A stretch of DNA of 64,000 bases, taken from the NCBI GenBank assembly GCA_038882975.1, contig JAVZNE010000004.1, forward strand, positions 37,127-101,126. Direction: 5' to 3'. Positions 49,595 through 58,628 of the stretch are shown here, piece by piece. Below the pieces are notes generated by a model that searched no databases, was not told where the DNA came from, and was given only the letters and a program-made list of their open reading frames with translations. Each line of letters opens with the position of its first letter. Within the stretch, counting starts at the first letter, position 1. The translations under genes and the position numbers were made by a program. The DNA comes from Candidatus Bathyarchaeia archaeon. Lineage in GTDB: Archaea; Thermoproteota; Bathyarchaeia; Bathyarchaeales; Bathycorpusculaceae.

Positions 49595-50389
49595 CTAAAT
49601 CAGCCCCCTAGACTTTAAGATTTCAACAATCTTCGTGGCTATTTCGTCCGGGCTTCCCTTGAGGAACTCCGCCTGCTTCTCCACTGGTGGAACATAGAGT
49701 CTTTCTATTCTAAGCCATGAGCCAGCCTCACCAACGTCGTTTTCGCTCAAGCCTATATCCGCCAACCCCATAACTTTAACCTCTTTCTGCATAGCCTTGC
49801 GAATTCCCATAATGGAGACGTAACGTGGCTCATTAATGCCCGTCTGAACAGCGAAAAGCGCTGGCAACTTAACTTCTAAACGTTCTTCTAAGCCGCCCTC
49901 CAACTCGCGATTAACGATGGCTTTTCCATCGCTGAACTCAATCTTCTTAACCATGGTGGCGTGGGGGATGCCAAGCAACTCGGCTAAGACGGGACCAACA
50001 ACAGCACTACCATCGTCGCCAGCCTGTGCCCCCGTGAGAATAAGATCAAAATGGAGGTTTTTGATTACGCTGTAAAGGATTTCTGCGGTTACATAGGCGT
50101 CTGAGCCGGCAAATTTTGGGTCTGTTAGGCGTATTGCCTTGTCGGCGCCTCGAGCAAGACACTTGCGTAGTGTGCTTTCTGAGTCTTCTGGTCCAACGGT
50201 TATGGCTATGACTGTTCCGCCGAACTTTTCCTTTATACGCACAGCCTCTTCCAAGGCGTAGTCGTCCCATTCGTTAATGTCAAAGACCAAACCAGCCTTT
50301 TCTATGCCTTTACCGCTTGCATCGATTTTGAGTTCCGCTTCTGCTGTCTCTGGAACATGTTTAACACAAACAATAATGTCCAACGACAT
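49595..50389 (-). CDS. etfB: Electron transfer flavoprotein beta subunit
   Basis: VCVKHVP, NEWDDYALE, NEPRY. Confidence 0.96.
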   Translation of the reverse strand: MSLDIIVCVKHVPETAEAELKIDASGKGIEKAGLVFDINEWDDYALEEAVRIKEKFGGTVIAITVGPEDSESTLRKCLARGADKAIRLTDPKFAGSDAYVTAEILYSVIKNLHFDLILTGAQAGDDGSAVVGPVLAELLGIPHATMVKKIEFSDGKAIVNRELEGGLEERLEVKLPALFAVQTGINEPRYVSIMGIRKAMQKEVKVMGLADIGLSENDVGEAGSWLRIERLYVPPVEKQAEFLKGSPDEIATKIVEILKSRGLI

Positions 50390-50532
50390 TCTCTCCTAAT
50401 TGGTTTGATTTGTGTTGTTACAACTGTTTTCATATATTTTTTACCCAAACCACTGTACCAATTTAATGTTAAAATAAGGTCTATCCAGCAAAGTCTTTAT
50501 CAAACGAAAACTGTAATGGAAACAGAGAAAAC

Positions 50533-51363
50533 ATGAAAAAAGAGATTGACTGGCTGACTGTACTAATCCATTGCAGAGACAACGTGAAAAGGCGAATAAC
50601 CCCGCTTTTGGAAGCTGCGCGCGGACAACAGCAGCCAAGCCTCGGCATAGGGGCTGGTGGCGACCCTATAAAACAGATCGACATAGAAGCTGAAAAAGCC
50701 ATTGTGGAAACCCTTGTTAGGCAGGGCATATCATTCACCTTGATAAGTGAGGAGTCTGGCATAAGGGAATACGGAGAAAATCCAGACGAAAATTATGTGA
50801 CAGCAGACCCAATAGATGGGACAACAAACCTAACAAGGGGCATACCATTCTACGCAACTTCCATAGCAGTGTCCACAGAGCCAAAGCTAGACACGATTCA
50901 CACGGCATTGGTGGCAGACCTCTTCCACGGCACAACATACACGGCGGAAAAGGGGAAAGGGGCATACCGCAACGATGAGAAAATAACTCCTTCAAAACAG
51001 GTAAGCTTGGAGGATGCGGTGATAGGCATAGACCTAAACACTTACAAGGCGCGTGAAGTTGCACCGCGTCTAACAAGCATCATTGAGAAGACAAAGCACA
51101 TACGCCACCTAGGAGCCAACGCCCTAGAGCTATGCTATGTGGCTGATGGAACAACAGACGCCTTCATCGACATCCGCGGAAAACTTAGAACAACAGACAC
51201 GGCAGCCGCGTGGCTAATAATAAGGGAGGCTGGAGCGCTAATCACAACACCAGACGGAAAGCCTTTAAACGCCAAACTACATCCAAAGGAAAAGCTGACT
51301 TTCGTGGCTTCCGCCAACCAGCAAATTCACGAGAAAATTTTAAGCCTAATTAAAAAGGGTTGA
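50533..51363 (+). CDS. Inositol monophosphatase / FBPase (bifunctional archaeal type)
   Basis: SEESG, DPIDGT.N, D.AA..LI..EAG. Confidence 0.9.
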   Translation: MKKEIDWLTVLIHCRDNVKRRITPLLEAARGQQQPSLGIGAGGDPIKQIDIEAEKAIVETLVRQGISFTLISEESGIREYGENPDENYVTADPIDGTTNLTRGIPFYATSIAVSTEPKLDTIHTALVADLFHGTTYTAEKGKGAYRNDEKITPSKQVSLEDAVIGIDLNTYKAREVAPRLTSIIEKTKHIRHLGANALELCYVADGTTDAFIDIRGKLRTTDTAAAWLIIREAGALITTPDGKPLNAKLHPKEKLTFVASANQQIHEKILSLIKKG

Positions 51364-51373
51364 AAAGTAGCCG

Positions 51374-52219
51374 ATGATAACGCCTTTAATGCCCCACCCC
51401 GCAGCCCTCGTAAAGACAAAGGATACAAGGGTTTTAATCGTGGCGGATTTACACATAGGGTGGGAAATAGCCCTATCAGAAAAGGGCATACATGTACCAA
51501 CACAAATGCCAAAACTTCTTCAAAGGCTAAAATCTCTTATAGGTCTGTATAGACCGGAAAAACTCCTAATAATAGGTGATGTTAAACACACGGTGGCAAC
51601 AGCAGAAATAGGCGAATGGCACGACGTCCCTGACTTTTTCACGGAACTGAAAGCGCACGTCCGAGAAATACAAGTAATCCGGGGAAACCACGATGGAAAC
51701 CTTGAACCACTGCTTCCAGAGGACATAAAAACCCTCCCATCATCAGGAACAATCATAGGTGATGTGGGCTTTTTTCATGGTCACCGTTGGCCATCGCCAA
51801 CGCTTTTAAAGTGCAAAACCCTTGTGATGGGGCACGTGCATCCAGTTGTAGGGTTCCGCGACCCCGCCGGTTTCAGAATAACGAGGCAAGTTTGGGTTAA
51901 GGCAAACTGCGACAAGGAACAGTTGACAAGGATTTTGCTGGAAAAGAATAAAATAAAAATTGACAACAGCCCACAAGAGACATTGCTTAAACATTATGGT
52001 ATTAAGCCTAAAACCTCCCAGTTTTTTATAATGCCATCCTTTAACGAGTATTTGGGAGGAAAACCATTAAATGAGAAAGACGCTGGCGAAGGAGTAAAAA
52101 GCGAAAAAGTTGTTGGACCAATATTAAGAACGAGAGCTGTTGACTTGGAAAATGCGGAAATCTATCTCCTAGACGGAACCTTTCTCGGAGCTTTAAGCCA
52201 GCTTAGAGCGTTACAGTAG
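51374..52219 (+). CDS. Calcineurin-like metallophosphoesterase
   Basis: ADLHIG, GD, GNHD, HGH, GHVHP. Confidence 0.9.
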   Translation: MITPLMPHPAALVKTKDTRVLIVADLHIGWEIALSEKGIHVPTQMPKLLQRLKSLIGLYRPEKLLIIGDVKHTVATAEIGEWHDVPDFFTELKAHVREIQVIRGNHDGNLEPLLPEDIKTLPSSGTIIGDVGFFHGHRWPSPTLLKCKTLVMGHVHPVVGFRDPAGFRITRQVWVKANCDKEQLTRILLEKNKIKIDNSPQETLLKHYGIKPKTSQFFIMPSFNEYLGGKPLNEKDAGEGVKSEKVVGPILRTRAVDLENAEIYLLDGTFLGALSQLRALQ

Positions 52220-52267
52220 CGCAAAATTTTATAGAGTGAAAATTCCCACACTAAACTAGGTGGAAAA

Positions 52268-52864
52268 ATGCCTTCTGAAGAGGATTTTCCAGAATGGTTT
52301 AGAAGAAGACGCTTCCCATTCTTAGGAGGCTGGTTCTTCGAAGACATAGACAGAATGTTTCGGGAAATGGAGAAATGGATGGAGGAGGAGTTCAAAGAGT
52401 TCACAGCGAGAATTCCAAAGGACTATGTTAGGGAACGTAAACTACCCGACGGCTCAACAATAAAGGAGTGGGGACCCTTCGTTTACGGATACAGCATAAA
52501 GATTGGACCGGACGGCAAGCCGGAAATCCAAGAGTTTGGAAATGTCAAACCAACCCGTCTCGGACCAAAAGTTAAAGAGGAACGCGAACCACTGGTGGAC
52601 ATAGTTGAAACAAATAACGAAATCCACGTTGTGGCTGAACTGCCCGGCGTTGAGAAAGAGGATATTAAGCTTCACGGCACAGAAGACACACTAACAATAA
52701 GCGTTGACACACCCCAACGCAAATATTACAAAGAGTTGACACTCCCAGCGAAGGTCAACGTGAAAGAGGCACAAACCCAATACAAAAACGGGGTTTTAGA
52801 AGTTAAACTTCCAAAGATAAAGGAAGAAAAGAAACCGAAAGGCGAGCCAATAAAAATCGAATAA
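52268..52864 (+). CDS. hsp20: Archaeal small heat shock protein Hsp20
   Basis: GPFVYGYS..IGPDGKP..EFGN, EREPLVD, AELPGV, YKNGVLEV. Confidence 0.95.
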   Translation: MPSEEDFPEWFRRRRFPFLGGWFFEDIDRMFREMEKWMEEEFKEFTARIPKDYVRERKLPDGSTIKEWGPFVYGYSIKIGPDGKPEIQEFGNVKPTRLGPKVKEEREPLVDIVETNNEIHVVAELPGVEKEDIKLHGTEDTLTISVDTPQRKYYKELTLPAKVNVKEAQTQYKNGVLEVKLPKIKEEKKPKGEPIKIE

Positions 52865-52902
52865 TAACAAAACAATGAGCAAAACCTAAAGCTTGTGCTT
52901 TC

Positions 52903-53313
52903 ATGAGCATCGATTCCGAAAGTGATATTTTAAATGCTGTATGCAAAGAGGTTAAGGCAGAGGGCAAACTGACAGGGAAGAATCTCACAAGGCTTTATGA
53001 GGTGTTTGGACAGCGATTCACAAAGGCATTTGAAGCCCTAAAAGAAAATAGAGTGAAAAAGTACACTTTCAAGCCTAGTGGAAGAGTTGTTTGGGTAGTT
53101 GTTGGCAAAGAACGTGACTACCTAATAATGCCGGATGCCGAGTTCTGCTCGTGTGATGACTTTTACTTCCGAGTTCTGGACAGAAAAATCCACCTATGCT
53201 ATCATTTAATAGCCCAAAAAATAGCCAACATCCTAGAATGGTACGAGAAAATAGAAGAACATGACGAACTATACGAGCCATTAATGATGGAATGGAGGAA
53301 ACCAACTCCTTAA
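52903..53313 (+). CDS. SWIM zinc-finger protein
   Basis: CSCDDF..CYH (CxC..CxH). Confidence 0.8.
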   Translation: MSIDSESDILNAVCKEVKAEGKLTGKNLTRLYEVFGQRFTKAFEALKENRVKKYTFKPSGRVVWVVVGKERDYLIMPDAEFCSCDDFYFRVLDRKIHLCYHLIAQKIANILEWYEKIEEHDELYEPLMMEWRKPTP

Positions 53314-53357
53314 ATACCACAATTTAGAACTAGAAAAGCATGTAAAAGGGATTCGCC

Positions 53358-53480
53358 ATGGCCTTAGATATTGGAGTATACTTTGAAATCCTCAAATACG
53401 TTCTAATGACGGCAACATTCGTCGTCCTAGTCCTAATATTTCTGTACATATTCTACGGCAGAGAAGAGAAGAAAAGCTAA
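53358..53480 (+). CDS. 40-aa single-TM small protein (absent from ORF track)
   Basis: MALDIGVYFEILKYVLMTATFVVLVLIFLYIFYGREEKKS fills the gap up to the next convergent gene. Confidence 0.55.
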   Translation: MALDIGVYFEILKYVLMTATFVVLVLIFLYIFYGREEKKS

Positions 53481-53481
53481 T

Positions 53482-53790
53482 TCACAGACAGTTTTTCTTA
53501 ACCCTTCTACGCAATAATATAAAGAAAAATGTAACGCTTAAAATTCCAAGGATTATAGCGAACAAGGCAAGCCATGTGGCTTCTGGACCAGTGCCAAAAA
53601 CTATAGGGAAAGGCCCAATAAGTATGAAGCCACCAACACTTCCTGTACCTTCACCAAAAAGAAGCGCGGCAGCCACCATTATCATTATGCCTGTTAAGAT
53701 TATGAAAAAACCTACAAAAAACAGCATTATAAAAAGTCTAATCCACCCGATTTCTGCAAGTTCTCTGCTTTCGCCTTCTTCAGATGTCAC
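53482..53790 (-). CDS. DUF131 (TIGR00304-like) membrane protein
   Basis: GGFILIGPFPIVFG. Confidence 0.85.
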   Translation of the reverse strand: MTSEEGESRELAEIGWIRLFIMLFFVGFFIILTGIMIMVAAALLFGEGTGSVGGFILIGPFPIVFGTGPEATWLALFAIILGILSVTFFFILLRRRVKKNCL

Positions 53791-53796
53791 CTCTTT

Positions 53797-54069
53797 TCAC
53801 CTACCTAAAAAATGAAGCATCATGAAAACTATGAAGAGAAGCGCTGTAAGTGCCATCGAAAGCCATAAAACAGTTTTGACGGATTCTCTGTCGCTGCCAA
53901 AAACTATAGGGAAAGGCCCAATAATTAATACCCCACCACCTCGCACTCTTCCACTTTTTATACTTGAGAGGAAAAGTAGAACAAAAGCTGTAATGACGAC
54001 TATAACGCCTATAAAAATTATGATTATGCCCAACTCGTAAAGCAAACCATCGTCCAGCGGCAAAGTCAT
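53797..54069 (-). CDS. DUF131 (TIGR00304-like) membrane protein, tandem paralogue
   Basis: GGGVLIIGPFPIVFGSD. Confidence 0.85.
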   Translation of the reverse strand: MTLPLDDGLLYELGIIIIFIGVIVVITAFVLLFLSSIKSGRVRGGGVLIIGPFPIVFGSDRESVKTVLWLSMALTALLFIVFMMLHFLGR

Positions 54070-54111
54070 TCTTATCCAATTCAGCTTAACACTGCAAACT
54101 TTTAAGCATTT

Positions 54112-55383
54112 TTAAATGGAAAAAGGCAGAAAATAGACCAGTAAAGCTGTTGCAAAAGTCGGTATAAATGATGGAATCACATACTTGTAAACTTTGCCCA
54201 AAGGGCTTTTGAAATAGTCAGCCGTAAACGTGAAACAAAGGTGAGTAGGTGAAATAGTATATCCAAGATAAGCACTAATATACAGAAGCGCAGCGATTTT
54301 AGGCGAAAAAGTTAGAATCCCCGTTAAAACTGGCACACTTATGGCTATTGCTCCATGTGGGGAGCCTGTGAGAAAACCCAAAACTGCGGGTATAACTGTC
54401 AACAGTATTACAGTGTTTACGTTTCTGCTAGTAACAAACTGTTTGAAAACCTCAGAAACGCCAGCAACAACAATCACATTGCGAAGTAGAAAAGCTCCAT
54501 AAACGGCAAAGGTCACCCCGTAAATTCCCCAACTTCTAAGCGGCTTCACCAGCGCCTTGCAGTTCAGTCTAGAAATTATGGCTAAAACCACCAATCCCGC
54601 AAAAGTTGCTATTAGAACATCAAAGCCTTGCCTGGACAAGCTATGACTTAAAGCGCCTATAAAAACGGCCACAACAATAGTTGCTGTTATAGGAGAGAAC
54701 GATATAAAGAAACGTTTAAACTCCAAACTGACCTTGCCTTTTGACGCTCCAGATGTTTCTTCACTTTTTACGCTTGGAATTTTCCAGAAACCCGCCAAGA
54801 AACCAACAATAATCATCACTGTAACTGTTGGAATTTGAAGCAAGATAATTGAAAATAATGCCACCCCAGTTAAGGCAGACGTCACTATAAGTACTTGGCT
54901 TAATGGATAAACAGGAAAAATTGTGTGCCTAAACCACAAATTCACATAAGCTTTTCTCTCCGCCTTCAATTTCAACTTTTCAGCCTCCCAATCCACTATA
55001 GGAGCCGACATCAAAGCCCCACCAGCCACTTGAAGAAAACCTATCACTGCTGGAAGCACGCTTAAAACAATCTTTGGATTCTTAACCAGCCGGCTTAGGC
55101 TATCACTTAATTTGGTGATTTCCCCCGTCTCTTTGTATAGTTGGCTTAACCACATTATGCCGAAAGTCGCAAAAATAACTGATATCGCCAAAAGCCCCTC
55201 CCTCTTCAAAGGGTCAACGGTTGCATAAACTACGCTGGGAATGCCCCACCAATCCAGCGAAAGCAAAGCCAAAAGAAGGGCGGTTGCGTTTAGGGTTATC
55301 CCCAAATTAACACGCTTGTAAAGCAACGAGCCAAGAAAGCAAAAAGAAATCACCACAGCAGTCAAAGGATCAAGCAATCCCAA
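54112..55383 (-). CDS. DUF401 family membrane transporter
   Basis: GGALMSAP, NLWFRH, SPTHLC. Confidence 0.85.
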   Translation of the reverse strand: MGLLDPLTAVVISFCFLGSLLYKRVNLGITLNATALLLALLSLDWWGIPSVVYATVDPLKREGLLAISVIFATFGIMWLSQLYKETGEITKLSDSLSRLVKNPKIVLSVLPAVIGFLQVAGGALMSAPIVDWEAEKLKLKAERKAYVNLWFRHTIFPVYPLSQVLIVTSALTGVALFSIILLQIPTVTVMIIVGFLAGFWKIPSVKSEETSGASKGKVSLEFKRFFISFSPITATIVVAVFIGALSHSLSRQGFDVLIATFAGLVVLAIISRLNCKALVKPLRSWGIYGVTFAVYGAFLLRNVIVVAGVSEVFKQFVTSRNVNTVILLTVIPAVLGFLTGSPHGAIAISVPVLTGILTFSPKIAALLYISAYLGYTISPTHLCFTFTADYFKSPLGKVYKYVIPSFIPTFATALLVYFLPFSI

Positions 55384-55472
55384 ACCAAGGCATCCCTTTC
55401 AAACATTGAAAACCAAAATATACACCCAACACTTAATCCTTTCCATAAAAACATCACTAAAGGCGCAACCAC

Positions 55473-55801
55473 ATGAAAGGAAAGCCTTCATCTCCGGACC
55501 AATCCAAGGCATGGAAACAAAACAATCATGCATAGAAACTATACGAAAATTTGCATCCGCCATGGATATGAGCCAATTGACCCATGGCAACGCGAAAAAA
55601 TCTACAGAAGCACAGAGCCGGGTTGGTGGATAAAGTTCCAGCGCAAACTTCATAAAAAGGGATTTAGAAGACATAGAAAAAGGCGACATTTTAATCGCCT
55701 ACATGCCAAAACTTTTCTACGCAAAAATGAAAAACAAAAAGACCATAAGTATATGTCAACTCAAAAACCCAAGTCCATGGATAGTGGCGCACTCAAAATA
55801 A
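55473..55801 (+). pseudogene. Frameshifted nucleoside 2-deoxyribosyltransferase-like gene
   Basis: Pieces in different frames: KAFISGPIQGME / GYEPIDPWQRE / FIKRDLEDIEKGDILIAYMPKL-FYAK..NPSPWI. Confidence 0.7.
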
Positions 55802-55805
55802 AACC

Positions 55806-56684
55806 TTAAATTTTTACGGCGGCCCTTAACTTCGCTGATCTGGCTCTAGGATTTTCCGCAACTTCGTCTTTAGGAGGCTTGACAGGCTTTTTCGTTAAAA
55901 TTTTAACAGCACCCTCTTTGGCCTTTTTCCTTAGAAAACTTTTGACAATGCGGTCTTCTAGGGAATGAAAAGAAATAACCACAAGCCTACCCCCCTCATC
56001 CATTACGTCAAGGGCTTGAGGCAAAGCCTTTGCCAAATTCTCCAACTCATTGTTCACAGCTATCCTCAAAGCTTGAAAAGTCCTAGTCGCAAAGTGAATC
56101 CGCCCTCTATGATACCATGATGGTGTCGCCCTCTCAACAGCCATAACCAAATCCACAGTTGTCCTCAAAGGCCTAGACCGCACAATTTCTTCGGTAATCC
56201 TCCGCGCAAACCTCTCCTGCCCATAAACCCTCAAAATCCGCTCAATATCCTTTGCGCTCCAAAAATTCACTATAGCCTCAGCAGTTAATGGATTTTTTGG
56301 GTTATATCGCATATCAAGCGGCTCATTCCGGAGAAAAGAAAACCCCCGACCACTCTTCTTCAAGTGCCAACTTGACAAACCCAAATCAAACAAAACCCCG
56401 GAGACACGCCTAAAAGCGTATCTCTCAACTATTTCGCCCAAATCAGCAAAGTTACCACACGCAAGAACCAAACGCCTCCCATAATCAGTATCCTCAACCT
56501 TCCGCCTAAGCCTCTCTAGAATCACAGGGTCAGCATCCACCCCCAAAACCCTCCCAAAAGGACCAGTCCGCTCCAAAACAGCCAAAGCATGACCACCCAA
56601 ACCCACAGTACAATCAACAAAATCCTCACCAGATTCGGGATCAAGAAAACTGATAACCTCATCCCTCATAACTGGCAAATGCAA
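55806..56684 (-). CDS. rsmH: 16S rRNA m4C1402 methyltransferase RsmH (MraW), bacterial type
   Basis: HLPVM, DCTVGLGGH, DLGLSS, RGFSF..EPLDMR, TRTFQALRIAVNNEL, ISFHSLEDRIVK, NPRARSAKLR. Confidence 0.95.
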   Translation of the reverse strand: MHLPVMRDEVISFLDPESGEDFVDCTVGLGGHALAVLERTGPFGRVLGVDADPVILERLRRKVEDTDYGRRLVLACGNFADLGEIVERYAFRRVSGVLFDLGLSSWHLKKSGRGFSFLRNEPLDMRYNPKNPLTAEAIVNFWSAKDIERILRVYGQERFARRITEEIVRSRPLRTTVDLVMAVERATPSWYHRGRIHFATRTFQALRIAVNNELENLAKALPQALDVMDEGGRLVVISFHSLEDRIVKSFLRKKAKEGAVKILTKKPVKPPKDEVAENPRARSAKLRAAVKI

Positions 56685-56779
56685 ACCAGACACCACAAAC
56701 CTCAATAAATTTGAAGCACAACTCATTTTAATGTTTATTTCTAACTCACTTACAAATAATGCTATACACAACTTAAAAG

Positions 56780-56852
56780 TGCGGCCGCCGGGATTCGAAC
56801 CCGGGTCGCCGGCTCGGGAGGCCGAAGTCCTACCAGGCTAGACTACGGCCGC
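56780..56852 (-). tRNA. tRNA-Gly(CCC), intronless
   Basis: GCGGCCG acceptor, anticodon arm TCGGC-CTCCCGA-GCCGG, T arm CCGGG-TTCGAAT-CCCGG, A73. Confidence 0.95.
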
Positions 56853-56951
56853 AATAAAATATACTTAAATCTTCTCTTTTCCATCTTCTCAATTTTGTAA
56901 AGTAAGCATGTATTAAAACCTTCGCCGAAAAACAATTTTAATGATTTAGGG

Positions 56952-58595
56952 TCATGATGCATGCTTTTTTGATTCAGAAACTTTTTCATGCGCTTTCTTT
57001 GAGAAGTAAATAGTTGTTAAGATGAAAATGGCTGTTGTTGCAGCGAAGATATACATCAAACCTCTGAAATTTTGCGTTTGAGCCTGATACAATGAGTCCA
57101 TGACATTGAATTCATTTTGAAGTTCACTGTAATCTCTTAAAATATTATCAAGCGTCGCATTCAACGTGTTAAGCTTTTCAATAAGCGCATTAATGGTTGC
57201 ATTAAATTCTTGGAAGCTTGCACTTAGTTCCAAAAGCTCCGAATACGATTCGTTCAAGACATGATACTTACTGAGCAACTCTGAATAATCAGAAAGCAGC
57301 TGACTATATCCGTCCAAAAGCACGGAGTATGATTCGTTTAAACTGCGATACCTATTAAGCAACTCTGAATAGGACTCATTCAAGACATGATACTTTTCAA
57401 GCAACTGATAATACCAGTCTAGGAGTTCCGAATACACTATTTTGATAGAACAGCCACTCGAATGCTCAATATACAAGTAGAAATGTTCCATATCTTCAAC
57501 ATTAAGCAAAGTTACATTAACCTCTTCCTCATTAACAAGCACTGCATGTATGCTTTTCATTAATGCTTTAGGAATGACAACCCTACTAAAACTTGCAGAA
57601 CCACCGTCACCGCTAGCATTAAAAAGTATAACTCTAGCTTTCGTTTCAGCCATCATTTTAAATGTAAAATCAAGAATCGTTGAATTAGATATTATAACGA
57701 CATAATTAATGTTTCCGCTAAAAAGCGCAATAAATTTGTGAAACATTCCCATCAAAGGATAATAATCGATGTTTCCTTCGGCAATGTTGTAGGGAAGATC
57801 ACCTATACCGTCTTTGTTTAAATCTTTCCCATTATAGTCATCCCAATAATTGCCCTCACCATCGACGCTCCACGTATTAGTTGTCTGCTCGGCATAAACG
57901 TTGTAATTGTTATTGATGAAATTGTTGTGGTAAAAAACGTTGTTGTCACTATTCCAAATATATATGCCCCAATCATTACTGGAGAATGTATTTTCATAAA
58001 TCGTGTTGTTGAAAGAATAGTAATAAATGTCGATTCCATCAGAATTGTCCTTAAAATCATTTCTACATATTGTGTTGCCGCTTGAATAAATAAGTTGAAT
58101 GCCAAAATAGTTTTTTGATATCGTGTTTCCACATATTTGATTCTGACTTGAAAATGTTATTTGAATCCCTATGTTATTGCTTTCTACTTTATTGTTGCTT
58201 ATCACGATGTTTCTAACGCGGTCCGCATATATCCCGCAACCTACATGGGGATCACTGTTCCGTATGGTAAAACCGCTGATGTTAACGTTTGAAGCTTGTA
58301 TTGAAATTACGTTTCCTACGCCGCCTCCATCTATAATTGTGTTTTCTCGGTTTTCTCCTATTAGTGTAATACTTTTATTGATAAGAATATTTTCTGGGTA
58401 TGTTCCTGAACGTACGTAGATTATGGCTCCTTGACTTGCATTATTAATGGCGTCTTGAATACTGTCAAAATCGTCGGGGACTATTAAAGTTGTTGAACTG
58501 GCATTTGTGAGCAATTTGTCGCTTTTGAGGATTGCAGTTGCGTACAGGCACAATATTAGTGGGATTAAGCTTGTTTTAAGTAGGTTTTTCTTCGT
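56952..58595 (-). CDS. Secreted NosD/CASH parallel beta-helix protein with coiled-coil stalk and C-terminal TM anchor (start extended to ACG 58595)
   Basis: VPDDFDSIQDAIN, GTYPEN, PbH1 repeats, GNYWDDY.G.D.N.DGIGD.PY, heptad repeats, terminal TM. Confidence 0.85.
   Translation of the reverse strand, partial: TKKNLLKTSLIPLILCLYATAILKSDKLLTNASSTTLIVPDDFDSIQDAINNASQGAIIYVRSGTYPENILINKSITLIGENRENTIIDGGGVGNVISIQASNVNISGFTIRNSDPHVGCGIYADRVRNIVISNNKVESNNIGIQITFSSQNQICGNTISKNYFGIQLIYSSGNTICRNDFKDNSDGIDIYYYSFNNTIYENTFSSNDWGIYIWNSDNNVFYHNNFINNNYNVYAEQTTNTWSVDGEGNYWDDYNGKDLNKDGIGDLPYNIAEGNIDYYPLMGMFHKFIALFSGNINYVVIISNSTILDFTFKMMAETKARVILFNASGDGGSASFSRVVIPKALMKSIHAVLVNEEEVNVTLLNVEDMEHFYLYIEHSSGCSIKIVYSELLDWYYQLLEKYHVLNESYSELLNRYRSLNESYSVLLDGYSQLLSDYSELLSKYHVLNESYSELLELSASFQEFNATINALIEKLNTLNATLDNILRDYSELQNEFNVMDSLYQAQTQNFRGLMYIFAATTAIFILTTIYFSKKAHEKVSESKKHAS
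57230..57440 (-). repeat. Heptad/14-aa coiled-coil tandem repeats (KYHVLNESYSELL)
   Basis: KYHVLNESYSELL twice plus variants; DNA ttcaagacatgatactt at ~57253 and ~57379. Confidence 0.85.
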
Positions 58596-58628
58596 TTCCT
58601 GACACCTCCATAAATGTTTGTTATTCGT

